A stretch of 64,000 nucleotides of DNA from a virus, in IMG/VR virus record IMGVR_UViG_3300021225_000468, positions 1-64,000 of that record. The stretch is one strand, 5' to 3'. Position 1 is the first letter of the stretch. Each line of letters begins with the position of its first letter. Below the pieces are notes generated by a model that was not told the DNA's origin, ran no database searches, and worked only from the letters and a program-made list of their open reading frames with translations. Shown in pieces: positions 31,969-41,636 of the stretch. The position numbers and the translations under genes were made by a program.

Positions 31969-32281
31969 AATATAAATTATATAAATCTACACCTCTTTTA
32001 TAATCTTGTAAAGTACTTATCAATGGAAAGGGTATTCTAATAATAAAGTTGTCAGGTATTTCAAATTCTATACCACCAACCTCAGGATTAGCCATCATTA
32101 TTAACCAACCAAATGTGGGTGACCCATAGTTGTCTTGTGATACTTTATCTAATCTTGTACGTCCTTTAATATATCTAATGTATTTATCAGTTGATTTTAT
32201 AGGTATTTCAATTCCTGGTACAATTCTAAAATTACCATCTTGTTCAAAATATTGATATCTATCAAAATAATTTCTACTCAT
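31955..32281 (-). CDS. LysM-like baseplate wedge protein (gp53 / tail X-like)
   Basis: TRLDKVSQDNYGSPTFGWLIMMANP...IPDNFIIRIP. Confidence 0.85.
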   Translation of the reverse strand: MSRNYFDRYQYFEQDGNFRIVPGIEIPIKSTDKYIRYIKGRTRLDKVSQDNYGSPTFGWLIMMANPEVGGIEFEIPDNFIIRIPFPLISTLQDYKRGVDLYNLYYGEQ

Positions 32282-32282
32282 T

Positions 32283-35200
32283 TCAAAGTTTCAATTTATA
32301 AAAGTTTAATTTGTCTTTTACAACTATTGGTGATTTGTTTATTTTTTCTCCATCAATATATATTGCATCAGTTGATGTTACTTCATTCGATGTATCAACT
32401 GTAAATGTCAAATTTTTATTTTCAACAATTTCTTTATATTTTTTAAATGTGAATTTTTTTGGTTCCACTAAATTGGTAAAATATTTATCTAAAGATTTTT
32501 TCATTTTATTTATTACAGAATCATTGTATATGATTTTATCAGTAAAAATATTTATTATTTGTGATTTTTTATCCTTAAATAATGTTTTTAATATATCAGA
32601 TATATCATTAGTTGTAAATGTTGGATTATTAAAATCTATACTACTATCCAAATCTTCATAAAATTTTGTTGAATTTTCTTTGATATAATTTATACCATAC
32701 TCATATTCATCATATAATAGATTTTTTGTAAATCCACTTAATGTTACTTCAGTTCCTTTTTTTGTATTTGTTACTTTATCAGAATTAAGTAAAAAGTCTT
32801 TCCCGTGTTTTACAATGAAATTGACTTTATCCATAGATTTTATGACCTCATCTCTTGATTCCTCTATTGCAAATATTTGAGAATTATTTGTTATGTCATC
32901 AAATATTATAGACAATTCTGTTTCTAAATATTTGTATAAATAATCGTTATCCGTTTTACTTATTAAGTTTGCATCCATGAATTTATCAAAACCAAATATT
33001 GTAGATGGACTTGAATTTTTTAATGTATTGATAAATTGTCTTTTTAATATTTGAGTGTATACAAATAACTCTTTACCTTGAGGATATATTCCAACCAAAT
33101 CAAATGATTCAGATGGTGAAGAAATACTATCTGTAGATGTCCATACATCATATGTTTTAATTATTCTATAAGTGTTTGATAAAATCAAATTACTTATTTT
33201 TTTACCATAAAATGGTACAATTATATTGTACGCAGTCTTATAAATTTCAAAATAATTTTTGATTTTACTATGGACATCTATAATTAATTTTGAATATGTC
33301 AATGAATTATTATCAGTAGAAATATCACCAATATATTTACCGTCTCTCAATTCATTACCCTTATTCGAGTTATCAGGTTCAGGTGTTCTATTATCTCTTT
33401 TTTGTAAGTCTTCTAAAAATTCTTTAGTAAAAGTATTTGCATCTTGACCTCCAATCATAGTATTTGTCGGTATCGACCTTTCATCATAAATTTCTGTATT
33501 TGCATAATAATTTGAAGATAATGCGTTTTGTAATCTTTCAATTGGTTTTTCTAATCCTTGTCCACCCAAAAATGACATTTGTAAAGTAACGGTTGCAATC
33601 ATCGGTTGTAACCCGATTCCTTCAGGATTATAATCCCATGTTGAGTCATCGTATGATATTTGAGCATCTCTAATGACTACCTTAGAATGATAGAAATCAC
33701 CTACACGTAATATACATATTGGTGGTGGACCAAATGTTGTGTTTCTTGCATTCAAATCATTTGTATCACTTACACCTTTTATTGGTAATGTGTCTCCAGG
33801 TCTTAAACATTGATGTATAAATGTTAATCTCGCATTTAATCCTTCAGGAGTTGTTGAATGAAAACCAGGATGAAAATATTTTAATTTTTCTCTTAATGAA
33901 TTAAATATTACTGGCGATGATTCATCTAATCTTTTAAAATAATAACATTCCGATAATGTTTTCATTATGATTCTTTTCATAATGTCTATCGGTGGTTTTT
34001 TTAGTTTAGTCGGAATTTGAGTTGTACCGTCTACAATAATACTTGTTGGTCCAATTACTTGTTGTGTTGCCGCTGTTTCATTTACTATTGGATTTATTTT
34101 ATCTGATTTCACACTATAAGTTATATCTACATCAGATTTTCTACAACTAAATGAAATTGGTGAAATAATACCTAATCTTGGTATTTTTTTAAAATCCCTA
34201 TTAACACAATTAGTATCAAGAGAATTAGACGAATTTCCTGTTGAAGTTTCACCAACATTTTTGATTGAAACAGTTATCACGGTATCATAATCGTATCCAA
34301 AATCTTTTCTCAAAGAATAATCCTCATCAACAGAAGGACTACCAGGTGTGTCTGTCCATCTTATTTTAGGTGGTGTTTTTCCTTGCTTCGTTATTTTTTC
34401 AAATATATCTAATAATATACTATACGACCTTCTTGATGATAATTTTTGATTATAATCTAATTTATCTAAAGACGATGTTGTTGAATATATTTTTATCTTA
34501 ATATTTTCTGCTTTACCTGATTCTAATTTTTCTTTCAATTTAGTTAATTTAGAATCATATTCAGTGTAATTTTTTTCTGCATTTGTAAAATACTCATCTA
34601 ATTTGTTTACTTGATTGGTGATTTTTGAAACATCAACAATTGAATCTTGACCATAAATCTGATTTCTGTCATTTTTAGCTTGAACTAAATCATTACCACT
34701 GAAAACAGAATTTAATTCAGTTAAATCTGATTGTAAATTGTTTTTCCATTCTGTTTTTTTAGAAATATAATTATTATATAAATTACTATATTTTTGAGTA
34801 GCAATTTCACTTGGGTCACCGATTGGTTCTTTATTATCAAAATATAAAGTAATTTTAAGTGGTTCACCAACAGTACTACTACCTTCTTTTAAAGATGTTG
34901 AATTAGTGACAGCGGGAACATTTATATTTGTAACTTCCCCAAAATTAGTTTTTACATTATTTACAACATCGGGTTGTACATTTTTAGAATCATTTAAATA
35001 TTGTTCAATATATTTAATATCTGTTGGGTCTAATGTACTGTATCTTCTAATCAAATCATAGAAATCTAATGTTTCACATCCAGCAAAAAATGCATTAATA
35101 TAATTATCAGCTTCTTCATCTGACATATTTGAGAAGAATTCTCTCGTTAATAAATTCAATATACTTGGGTGGTCCACAACAATTTTGAAACTTAATGTAC

Positions 35201-37082
35201 CACTTCTCGATGTGTTGTTATATGTATATATCGGTTCTGGTCTACCTATAAAAAGATTTTCATCCCATTTTGCACTATTACTTTCTGAAATTTTCAAGTC
35301 ATATGGTGGAAACCACATTACTCTACCTCCATTTGGTCCTCTTTCACAAACAGGTAAATCTAAAACAGTAAAACCAGGTGAATTAGATGTTTTCCATGCT
35401 AAGTTTTCTATTGAAAACATGTACTTTTTTGCATAAAAACTTTTATTGTCTTTGTCTGTACCAAATGGATAGTTTTGAAATATATTAGATGAATTGTCAA
35501 AACTCTTTTTACCATTAGACATAGGGGCAATATTTAAATTCCATGGGTCAGATACTACTGTTCCATCAAATTTTCTATTATTCCCACCTTTCTTCATTGT
35601 GTCAGAATAAGACAAATATGGTCTGTCTTTTGTCCATGTTCTACAATATTCAACACCTGATTCTACTCCTGAAAATTTATCTACGTATTTTATAGATGAA
35701 CCTCTTGATAAAAATTTTTCACCTTCTTTGAATATTCTTGAAGTTTGGTCAATCACATTACCAATATGTGACCTTGCTTCACCACCTTTAGGCATACTAT
35801 CTAACAACTCTTGAGTAAATCCTAAAATAGAATCCTCTCTAAACTCATATTGTGTCGATAAAGATTTTGTCAGATTTGATGATTGTCCATTATATTCTTT
35901 ATTGTTTTCACCTAATTTATTATTTGAATTCGTACTAATCCAAGTCAATTTACCACTAATCTCACCACCATCACCTAATGATTTTATTCTTTCAAATAAT
36001 CTTGCTTGTGTTTCATCAAACATGACACTTAAATAATAGTTACTTCTAACTATATTTCCATTCATGTCTGACATAGAATTTAATACGTTATTTCCTCTAT
36101 CATCACCAATATATGCAACACCTTCAGGTGCTTCTGTACCTAAAAACTCTTTTACCCCTTGTGCTGCTTTTTCAATAAAATTGAATATTTTAGATGTATT
36201 TTGAGACCTCGCAGTCGTAGTATAATTTGGTGCATATTTAGATTTTGATAGTAAATCAAATAATTGTTTTTTCTGACCACTACCACTATATTCAATTAAT
36301 AAATCTGATGGTTTTCTTGTCTCTAAAGGTCTTCTTTGTACACCTAATAAAGATAATAACGCACCTGATGCATCTTGTAATGTTCTACCAACTTCAGTAT
36401 TTGCAGTTTTTCTTCTTTCTGTTTGTCTATTAGGATTTGTCAGATAATCACCAGGAATCTCCGCCCAAGGAAATTCTAATCCTGCAACAGTCTGTACAAA
36501 ATCAATACCTTTACCTACAGGTGTTTTTGCAACAGTAATTGAATTATTAGACTCAACTAAAGGTTCTCTACCTGTTACAATATTAGTTGCTGTCGCTAAA
36601 TTTCCTTGTAACGCATCTAATAATCTAATTCTACCTAATGTAGATTTTAATAAATTTTGTTCAATTCTCGAATATACAGGACCTTTTTGGTTTTTATCAC
36701 GTATATATGATGCTGCGAATTTAAATAACTCAGATTCATTTTCATAATTATCATTACTCATGATACCCACCAAATTATACTGTCCATTTACAAAATAAGG
36801 TGTTCCATCATAATACATAGATAAATTTGCTCTCCTTGGAATTGTATCTAAAATATCCTTAACAAAATATTCTGACGGTTTGAAAACGTTATTTGTTTGT
36901 GGAATAGATAAATCTCTTTGTCTATCTGTATCAACCGCTCCTGGGTCAATATTAGAAAACTGACTTAAATTTTGTAATCTATAATTTTGTGCAGTAAAAG
37001 TTTGTGGTCCATTAGGTGCTTGTAATGTTCTGGATAAAACAAAATCTCTAAACTGTTTAGTTGTATCAAAATCTAATGGCAT
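32283..37082 (-). CDS. Large baseplate/tube-initiator-like protein with inserted OmpA-like domain
   Basis: Tube-initiator-type motifs (WDENLFIGRPEPIYTYNNTSRSGTLSF; PPICILRVGDFY) flank YFDN...YNQKLSSRRSYSI...VGE. It lies directly after the tape measure gene. Confidence 0.65.
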   Translation of the reverse strand: MPLDFDTTKQFRDFVLSRTLQAPNGPQTFTAQNYRLQNLSQFSNIDPGAVDTDRQRDLSIPQTNNVFKPSEYFVKDILDTIPRRANLSMYYDGTPYFVNGQYNLVGIMSNDNYENESELFKFAASYIRDKNQKGPVYSRIEQNLLKSTLGRIRLLDALQGNLATATNIVTGREPLVESNNSITVAKTPVGKGIDFVQTVAGLEFPWAEIPGDYLTNPNRQTERRKTANTEVGRTLQDASGALLSLLGVQRRPLETRKPSDLLIEYSGSGQKKQLFDLLSKSKYAPNYTTTARSQNTSKIFNFIEKAAQGVKEFLGTEAPEGVAYIGDDRGNNVLNSMSDMNGNIVRSNYYLSVMFDETQARLFERIKSLGDGGEISGKLTWISTNSNNKLGENNKEYNGQSSNLTKSLSTQYEFREDSILGFTQELLDSMPKGGEARSHIGNVIDQTSRIFKEGEKFLSRGSSIKYVDKFSGVESGVEYCRTWTKDRPYLSYSDTMKKGGNNRKFDGTVVSDPWNLNIAPMSNGKKSFDNSSNIFQNYPFGTDKDNKSFYAKKYMFSIENLAWKTSNSPGFTVLDLPVCERGPNGGRVMWFPPYDLKISESNSAKWDENLFIGRPEPIYTYNNTSRSGTLSFKIVVDHPSILNLLTREFFSNMSDEEADNYINAFFAGCETLDFYDLIRRYSTLDPTDIKYIEQYLNDSKNVQPDVVNNVKTNFGEVTNINVPAVTNSTSLKEGSSTVGEPLKITLYFDNKEPIGDPSEIATQKYSNLYNNYISKKTEWKNNLQSDLTELNSVFSGNDLVQAKNDRNQIYGQDSIVDVSKITNQVNKLDEYFTNAEKNYTEYDSKLTKLKEKLESGKAENIKIKIYSTTSSLDKLDYNQKLSSRRSYSILLDIFEKITKQGKTPPKIRWTDTPGSPSVDEDYSLRKDFGYDYDTVITVSIKNVGETSTGNSSNSLDTNCVNRDFKKIPRLGIISPISFSCRKSDVDITYSVKSDKINPIVNETAATQQVIGPTSIIVDGTTQIPTKLKKPPIDIMKRIIMKTLSECYYFKRLDESSPVIFNSLREKLKYFHPGFHSTTPEGLNARLTFIHQCLRPGDTLPIKGVSDTNDLNARNTTFGPPPICILRVGDFYHSKVVIRDAQISYDDSTWDYNPEGIGLQPMIATVTLQMSFLGGQGLEKPIERLQNALSSNYYANTEIYDERSIPTNTMIGGQDANTFTKEFLEDLQKRDNRTPEPDNSNKGNELRDGKYIGDISTDNNSLTYSKLIIDVHSKIKNYFEIYKTAYNIIVPFYGKKISNLILSNTYRIIKTYDVWTSTDSISSPSESFDLVGIYPQGKELFVYTQILKRQFINTLKNSSPSTIFGFDKFMDANLISKTDNDYLYKYLETELSIIFDDITNNSQIFAIEESRDEVIKSMDKVNFIVKHGKDFLLNSDKVTNTKKGTEVTLSGFTKNLLYDEYEYGINYIKENSTKFYEDLDSSIDFNNPTFTTNDISDILKTLFKDKKSQIINIFTDKIIYNDSVINKMKKSLDKYFTNLVEPKKFTFKKYKEIVENKNLTFTVDTSNEVTSTDAIYIDGEKINKSPIVVKDKLNFYKLKL

Positions 37083-37132
37083 TTATTTGTTTTAATAATA
37101 AATAGAGCAAGAAAAAAAATCAATATCTATAA

Positions 37133-39454
37133 TTATACCTTAGCAGCGGTTTGAGTTGATAAATAACTATTTTCTTCTATAGTTGTCATCTCTTCAAATA
37201 AGTTTGGATTCTTATATAGATATCTTGCAAATGTGTCCATAATAGCAGGGGACTTAACTAAATGTTCATGTTTGTGTGTATGTTCAACAGACAGTTTATT
37301 ATCTTTAGATAATTTTTCACTTAAACTTGCAACATTACCATCTAATCTTGTTAGTGATGTATTTAAAATTTCGTAATTAGTGTTTTTTGACATAATCGGT
37401 TCTAATGACGCGATATTGCCTGTAGATTTATTAGTGTTAATTTGTGATACTATAGAAGTATTTAAATTTAAGAAATTTTTTATGTCTGTATTAATTTCCT
37501 TTAAATAACCATTTGATTGTTTATTTTCAGAAGAAATACTTGCCATTGTCCCACCTAAATTTTTTATCTCTTCATTATATTTTGCGAACCCGTCTAATGA
37601 TGATGGGGTCATTTTATTCAAGGAAGATAAATCAGTATTAGTACTTGTTTTCGGTATTTGTGATTGTGGTGTAGATGTTTTTGGTTCCTGTATACCTTCT
37701 GTAGACTTATTCTGTAAATTTAGAACATCTTTAGCACCATTCGCCCATTTTTCAATTAAACCATAAATCTCTTTTTTCGGGTCAATTTTTTTAAGTTGTT
37801 CATCATCAAAAGTATTAAACTTTTTAGATAATTTACTTACTGCATCAGAAATAGAATCACCTTCTTTTAATTTAACACCCATCATCTTTGCAGCTTCTCT
37901 AACCGCATCGTCAGTAATGTCTCCAATTGCTCTACCACCAATATTTCTCATACGAGCAACAATCATACCCATCATATTTTCAATACGAGTTATACTTGTA
38001 TATTGATTATTGATGACATCCTCTGGTGTTTTTTTACTTATATCGTCTCTATATTTTTTTAATTGTTCAATTTGACTTTGATTCAAATCTTCTAATGCAA
38101 CTGATGTACCTCCAAAAAATTCTTGTAATTCCTTAGAACCACTTAAATCTATAACCATTTGACCATCTTTCATTTTTGCTATATTGGTTATAAATTCTTT
38201 TTCTTCATCACCCACAACTAATCCTGCTCTCATCATTGCAGATGCAGCTGCACTTTTTTCTGCGGTAGCAATTGCACCGTTTGCCAATTCTTGATATGAG
38301 ACACCTAACTGAGAAGCCATTTCTCTTGCATACCTCAAATTGACACCTGTAATTTCAAATCTTTTTTGTTCTGTGTTATATGTTGCTAAATTTCCTGCCG
38401 CTTTAATTAAAGAATCTTGTAACCCTTCAACATTGTTTGTTGCCATATACATTAATTTCAATGGGTCATTGAAATCACCTATAGCACCACCAAGTACTTG
38501 TAAATTCGCAGATAATTCTATAGCACCTTCAGGACTCATTACTTTATCTGCAATCTTGAATACTTCATTCATGGACATCCTGAATTCGGTAGATTTTTGA
38601 ATCATTCTTGACAAACCCGCTACACCATTCTGAAATCCGTACTCATTTAACTTCCCAATATTCTGTGTCAATTCTTTAGTAACAGATTGAGCACGTAACC
38701 CTAAAGATACCGAACTCCTACCCACTTCTTCAATTCCTTTCATTGCGTCAACAGCACCTATACCAATTTTTTCAAATGCAGGAAGTAAGTCTGCCAATTC
38801 CTCAATATTTGTCAAATAAGCAGCACCAATCTTACCCGCCATTTCCCATGTTTCTTCATTCAATGTATAAAAACGACCTGTTTTTACAATCAAATCACCT
38901 GCGGTATTTGCTAATTGTTGGAAACTAATTCCGTATTGTAATAATTTAGGATTAGTATCTGTTAACGTTTTACGATATGCTTCTGCAAATTCAAAATTCA
39001 ATCCTGTATCCTTATTAATTGCAGTTCTTAATGCGGATTGTTCACTATAATAAAGTTCTAATTGTTTAATTGATTGGTCTTTTAATGCGGATAAGAATCC
39101 TCTCGCAACATCACTTGGATTAGTAAAAATAGACAAACCACCGTTAGGTCCTGTCATAATATCTTTTAACGTATTAAAAATACCATTTAAATCAGTTGTT
39201 TCACTTTGTAAATTACCAAATTGAGCGCTACTCCTAAATGGAGAAAAAATATCACCTGTTGATGAAAAGGAAGTAGAAGTCTGTGAAGAATTTCTGGTAG
39301 AATTTTTTTTATTCCACTCTTTATAAACCTCTTTGAAACAATCAGGATTATTGAAGTCGTATCCCTCTGCTTTACATGCATTAAGATAATCCGTTTCATT
39401 TGTATAACGGGTCACTAATATCGAAGCTTTAATTCCTGTACCTGTACATGCCAT
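37133..39454 (-). CDS. Tape measure protein
   Basis: Ala/Gly/Leu-rich helical 773-aa ORF after the tube and chaperone genes; SPEGAIELSANLQVLGG segment. Confidence 0.75.
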   Translation of the reverse strand: MACTGTGIKASILVTRYTNETDYLNACKAEGYDFNNPDCFKEVYKEWNKKNSTRNSSQTSTSFSSTGDIFSPFRSSAQFGNLQSETTDLNGIFNTLKDIMTGPNGGLSIFTNPSDVARGFLSALKDQSIKQLELYYSEQSALRTAINKDTGLNFEFAEAYRKTLTDTNPKLLQYGISFQQLANTAGDLIVKTGRFYTLNEETWEMAGKIGAAYLTNIEELADLLPAFEKIGIGAVDAMKGIEEVGRSSVSLGLRAQSVTKELTQNIGKLNEYGFQNGVAGLSRMIQKSTEFRMSMNEVFKIADKVMSPEGAIELSANLQVLGGAIGDFNDPLKLMYMATNNVEGLQDSLIKAAGNLATYNTEQKRFEITGVNLRYAREMASQLGVSYQELANGAIATAEKSAAASAMMRAGLVVGDEEKEFITNIAKMKDGQMVIDLSGSKELQEFFGGTSVALEDLNQSQIEQLKKYRDDISKKTPEDVINNQYTSITRIENMMGMIVARMRNIGGRAIGDITDDAVREAAKMMGVKLKEGDSISDAVSKLSKKFNTFDDEQLKKIDPKKEIYGLIEKWANGAKDVLNLQNKSTEGIQEPKTSTPQSQIPKTSTNTDLSSLNKMTPSSLDGFAKYNEEIKNLGGTMASISSENKQSNGYLKEINTDIKNFLNLNTSIVSQINTNKSTGNIASLEPIMSKNTNYEILNTSLTRLDGNVASLSEKLSKDNKLSVEHTHKHEHLVKSPAIMDTFARYLYKNPNLFEEMTTIEENSYLSTQTAAKV

Positions 39455-39470
39455 ACAAATAAATACAATA

Positions 39471-39620
39471 TTAATTATTTTCTAACTCAAGTATATACTC
39501 AATATAGTATCTCCTGATATAGATTGGCATACTCATTACATCACCATATGTAAACCCTCTTTTAACGAGAAATAAAATTTCAGATAACTGATTTTTCTTA
39601 TACTCCGTAGAAAACGCGAA
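39471..39620 (-). CDS. Unannotated +1-frame extension of the tail assembly chaperone (gpT / T4 gp51-like)
   Basis: An open frame FAFSTEYKKNQLSEILFLVKRGFTYGDVMSMPIYIRRYYIEYILELENN* fills the gap and overlaps the chaperone 3' end at TTT TTT CGC. Confidence 0.75.
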   Translation of the reverse strand, partial: FAFSTEYKKNQLSEILFLVKRGFTYGDVMSMPIYIRRYYIEYILELENN

Positions 39621-40347
39621 AAAATTCAACCCCAAAGCCGATTACAAATTCGACTTCTTCTCCTGATGGGGCGATTGTTTTTCTTCTCAAATTTAGTCCA
39701 GGTTTATTATCATTAATAAATTTTCTAAAACTTTGAGAATCTGTTATGGGTAAATTCTGAATGAAATTTCTAATATTCATTTGGTCTCTTACACCAGCAA
39801 CACTTTTAATCATCATCTCCATCCTTTTAGTAACTGTTGGAGGAATATCAGGACCATTCCAATTTTTTGTCATATCATCAAGTTCTTTTTCTTGTTTTTT
39901 ATTCAAAAACTTGAATGTTATGTCAATATTAGATTTTGGCATTACGTATTTATATTCTCCGTTTGAATCTGCAATTAAATTAAAATCCTTTAATTCCAAA
40001 TTACTTAAATCAATTACATGTTCAAAATCTAATTCTGTTTTTGGGTCAACTAATTTTATTTTATATTCACTTCCAAAAGCAGTATTTCTTAAAAATATTA
40101 AAATACTTTCTTTGTCCTCATCAACAATATCTTCAAAATTAATATCCCTATCTAATATTTTTCTTCTTAAAAGTTCTTCAATAATTGAATTATTATTCAT
40201 TAAATTAGGTGCAGACAATACATTTTCATCCGCTGCAGTTAAATAAGCAACTCTCACTGATTTTTTACCATTTGTATAGTGTATTCCTCTACTTGGTAAT
40301 TCAACTACATCATACGCAATTGTTGGGTCTATCCTTAATTCTTCCAT
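39598..40347 (-). CDS. Tail assembly chaperone / baseplate hub assembly protein (T4 gp26-like)
   Basis: VVELPSRG..Y, YLTAADENVL, ILIFLRNTAFGSEY, C-terminal GFGVEFF; located between tube and tape measure genes. Confidence 0.82.
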   Translation of the reverse strand: MEELRIDPTIAYDVVELPSRGIHYTNGKKSVRVAYLTAADENVLSAPNLMNNNSIIEELLRRKILDRDINFEDIVDEDKESILIFLRNTAFGSEYKIKLVDPKTELDFEHVIDLSNLELKDFNLIADSNGEYKYVMPKSNIDITFKFLNKKQEKELDDMTKNWNGPDIPPTVTKRMEMMIKSVAGVRDQMNIRNFIQNLPITDSQSFRKFINDNKPGLNLRRKTIAPSGEEVEFVIGFGVEFFRVFYGV

Positions 40348-40353
40348 ATTATT

Positions 40354-40773
40354 TTATTTTTTAATTGTTTTTTCTACTTCCTTATTAACTTCACTATATA
40401 ATGTCATAGATTCGGCATCAGCAATGATTTTTATATCATTCATTTGTAACTCACTATTAGCATAAGACTGTTTTCTACTAAAATTAATACCTTTGACTTT
40501 GAATCTTAAACCACTTATCGCATCACCAACAGGGTCTAAATATTTTATTACAACATCTGTGATATCAAAAATACTTTTAGGATTGAATGAATAAATACAT
40601 GTTTCATAGAATCTTGTTATAAAAATGATATCAGTACCTTCATTATATAATGAATACTCCTTGAATGAATACGAAGGAATGTCACTACCTATTAATTCAA
40701 TAATATACCTGTTTTCCATTAATGGTTCAATTAATATACCAGAACGCATTATATCAATGTCTTTATTTTCCAT
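40354..40773 (-). CDS. Degenerate tail-tube paralog
   Basis: EPLMENRYII, KYLDPVGDAI and SYANSEL align with EPKRKNRFIL, EMLDPTGVVV and NYSQDEL of the adjacent tube protein. Confidence 0.6.
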   Translation of the reverse strand: MENKDIDIMRSGILIEPLMENRYIIELIGSDIPSYSFKEYSLYNEGTDIIFITRFYETCIYSFNPKSIFDITDVVIKYLDPVGDAISGLRFKVKGINFSRKQSYANSELQMNDIKIIADAESMTLYSEVNKEVEKTIKK

Positions 40774-40790
40774 AATATTTTATTTAAAAT

Positions 40791-40820
40791 AAAAAATCCC
40801 ATATATAATATATGGGATTT
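40791..40820 (-). terminator. Hairpin terminator after the tube gene
   Basis: AAATCCCATATA-TAA-TATATGGGATTT, ending in a U run on the minus strand. Confidence 0.7.
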
Positions 40821-40844
40821 AATATTAATTGTAAATAGATAGCA

Positions 40845-41333
40845 CTAGTAAACCTGAATACAACGGTCCATACGAAGAGATGCATCAATAGTTGCTAATT
40901 CATCTTGACTATAGTTCAAATCACCAAAGTTCAAGTTAGTTAAGAAACAACCTTGAAGAATCCATTTTTCAACTACAACACCTGTTGGGTCAAGCATTTC
41001 AAGTTCAACATCTTTCTTGTATCCCGCAGCATAACCCATTCTACCTGTTACTGATTCTGCATGTAAACGGAACCATTCCATTAACGCTTGAGATGCAGAA
41101 GGACCAATAGGGTCTTTGAACTGTACTTTTATTTCTTCCCAATCAAATCTACCAGCAACATACGTTGATGTATTTAAGAAAGGAATTTCAACTGATTTTA
41201 TTTTTGCAGTTGGTCTTGATGTTGAAAACACATACCACTCATTTATACCAAGAGAAGAAGGGAATCTTAATATAAATCTATTCTTCCTTTTTGGTTCATA
41301 TGGAAGAGGCATTTTCATTAGTAAATCGGCCAT
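40845..41333 (-). CDS. Tail tube protein (T4 gp19-like)
   Basis: YEPKRKNRF, YVAGRFDWEEI, YKKDVELEMLDPTGVVVEKWILQGCF; directly downstream of the sheath gene. Confidence 0.93.
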   Translation of the reverse strand: MADLLMKMPLPYEPKRKNRFILRFPSSLGINEWYVFSTSRPTAKIKSVEIPFLNTSTYVAGRFDWEEIKVQFKDPIGPSASQALMEWFRLHAESVTGRMGYAAGYKKDVELEMLDPTGVVVEKWILQGCFLTNLNFGDLNYSQDELATIDASLRMDRCIQVY

Positions 41334-41572
41334 GTTGTATTAATTTTAGTAATTTCTATTATTTATTTTATTATAAATATCTGATTAATAAAAAAAATTT
41401 CAAATACTTATCAAGTACTTGATTTTGTCAATTTTTTTTTGTATTTTTTAAATACCCAGTATCCAGAACTAGAATAATAAATTAATAAATAAGTAAATAA
41501 TTATTTAATTAATTAAATAATAAAAATAATAATACTAGCACTAGTATACTGGGTGAAATGTTATATCGTTAT

Positions 41573-41588
41573 TGTTCCATGTGAAACA
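41573..41588. promoter_or_regulatory. parS-like site (ParB/Spo0J binding consensus)
   Basis: TGTTCCATGTGAAACA matches the consensus TGTTNCACGTGAAACA at 15/16 positions and is intergenic. Confidence 0.7.
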
Positions 41589-41589
41589 T

Positions 41590-41620
41590 AAAAAAAGGGA
41601 GGTAATAACCTCCCTTTTTT
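41590..41620. terminator. Bidirectional intrinsic terminator after the sheath gene
   Basis: AAAAAAAGGGAGGT-AATA-ACCTCCCTTTTTT. Confidence 0.9.
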
Positions 41621-41636
41621 ATTTAGTAATCAAAGA

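Noticed and set aside
41334-41636. tRNA gene or small ORF in the largest intergenic region
   Set aside because: No cloverleaf or T-loop motif and no credible ORF; the core is almost pure A/T.
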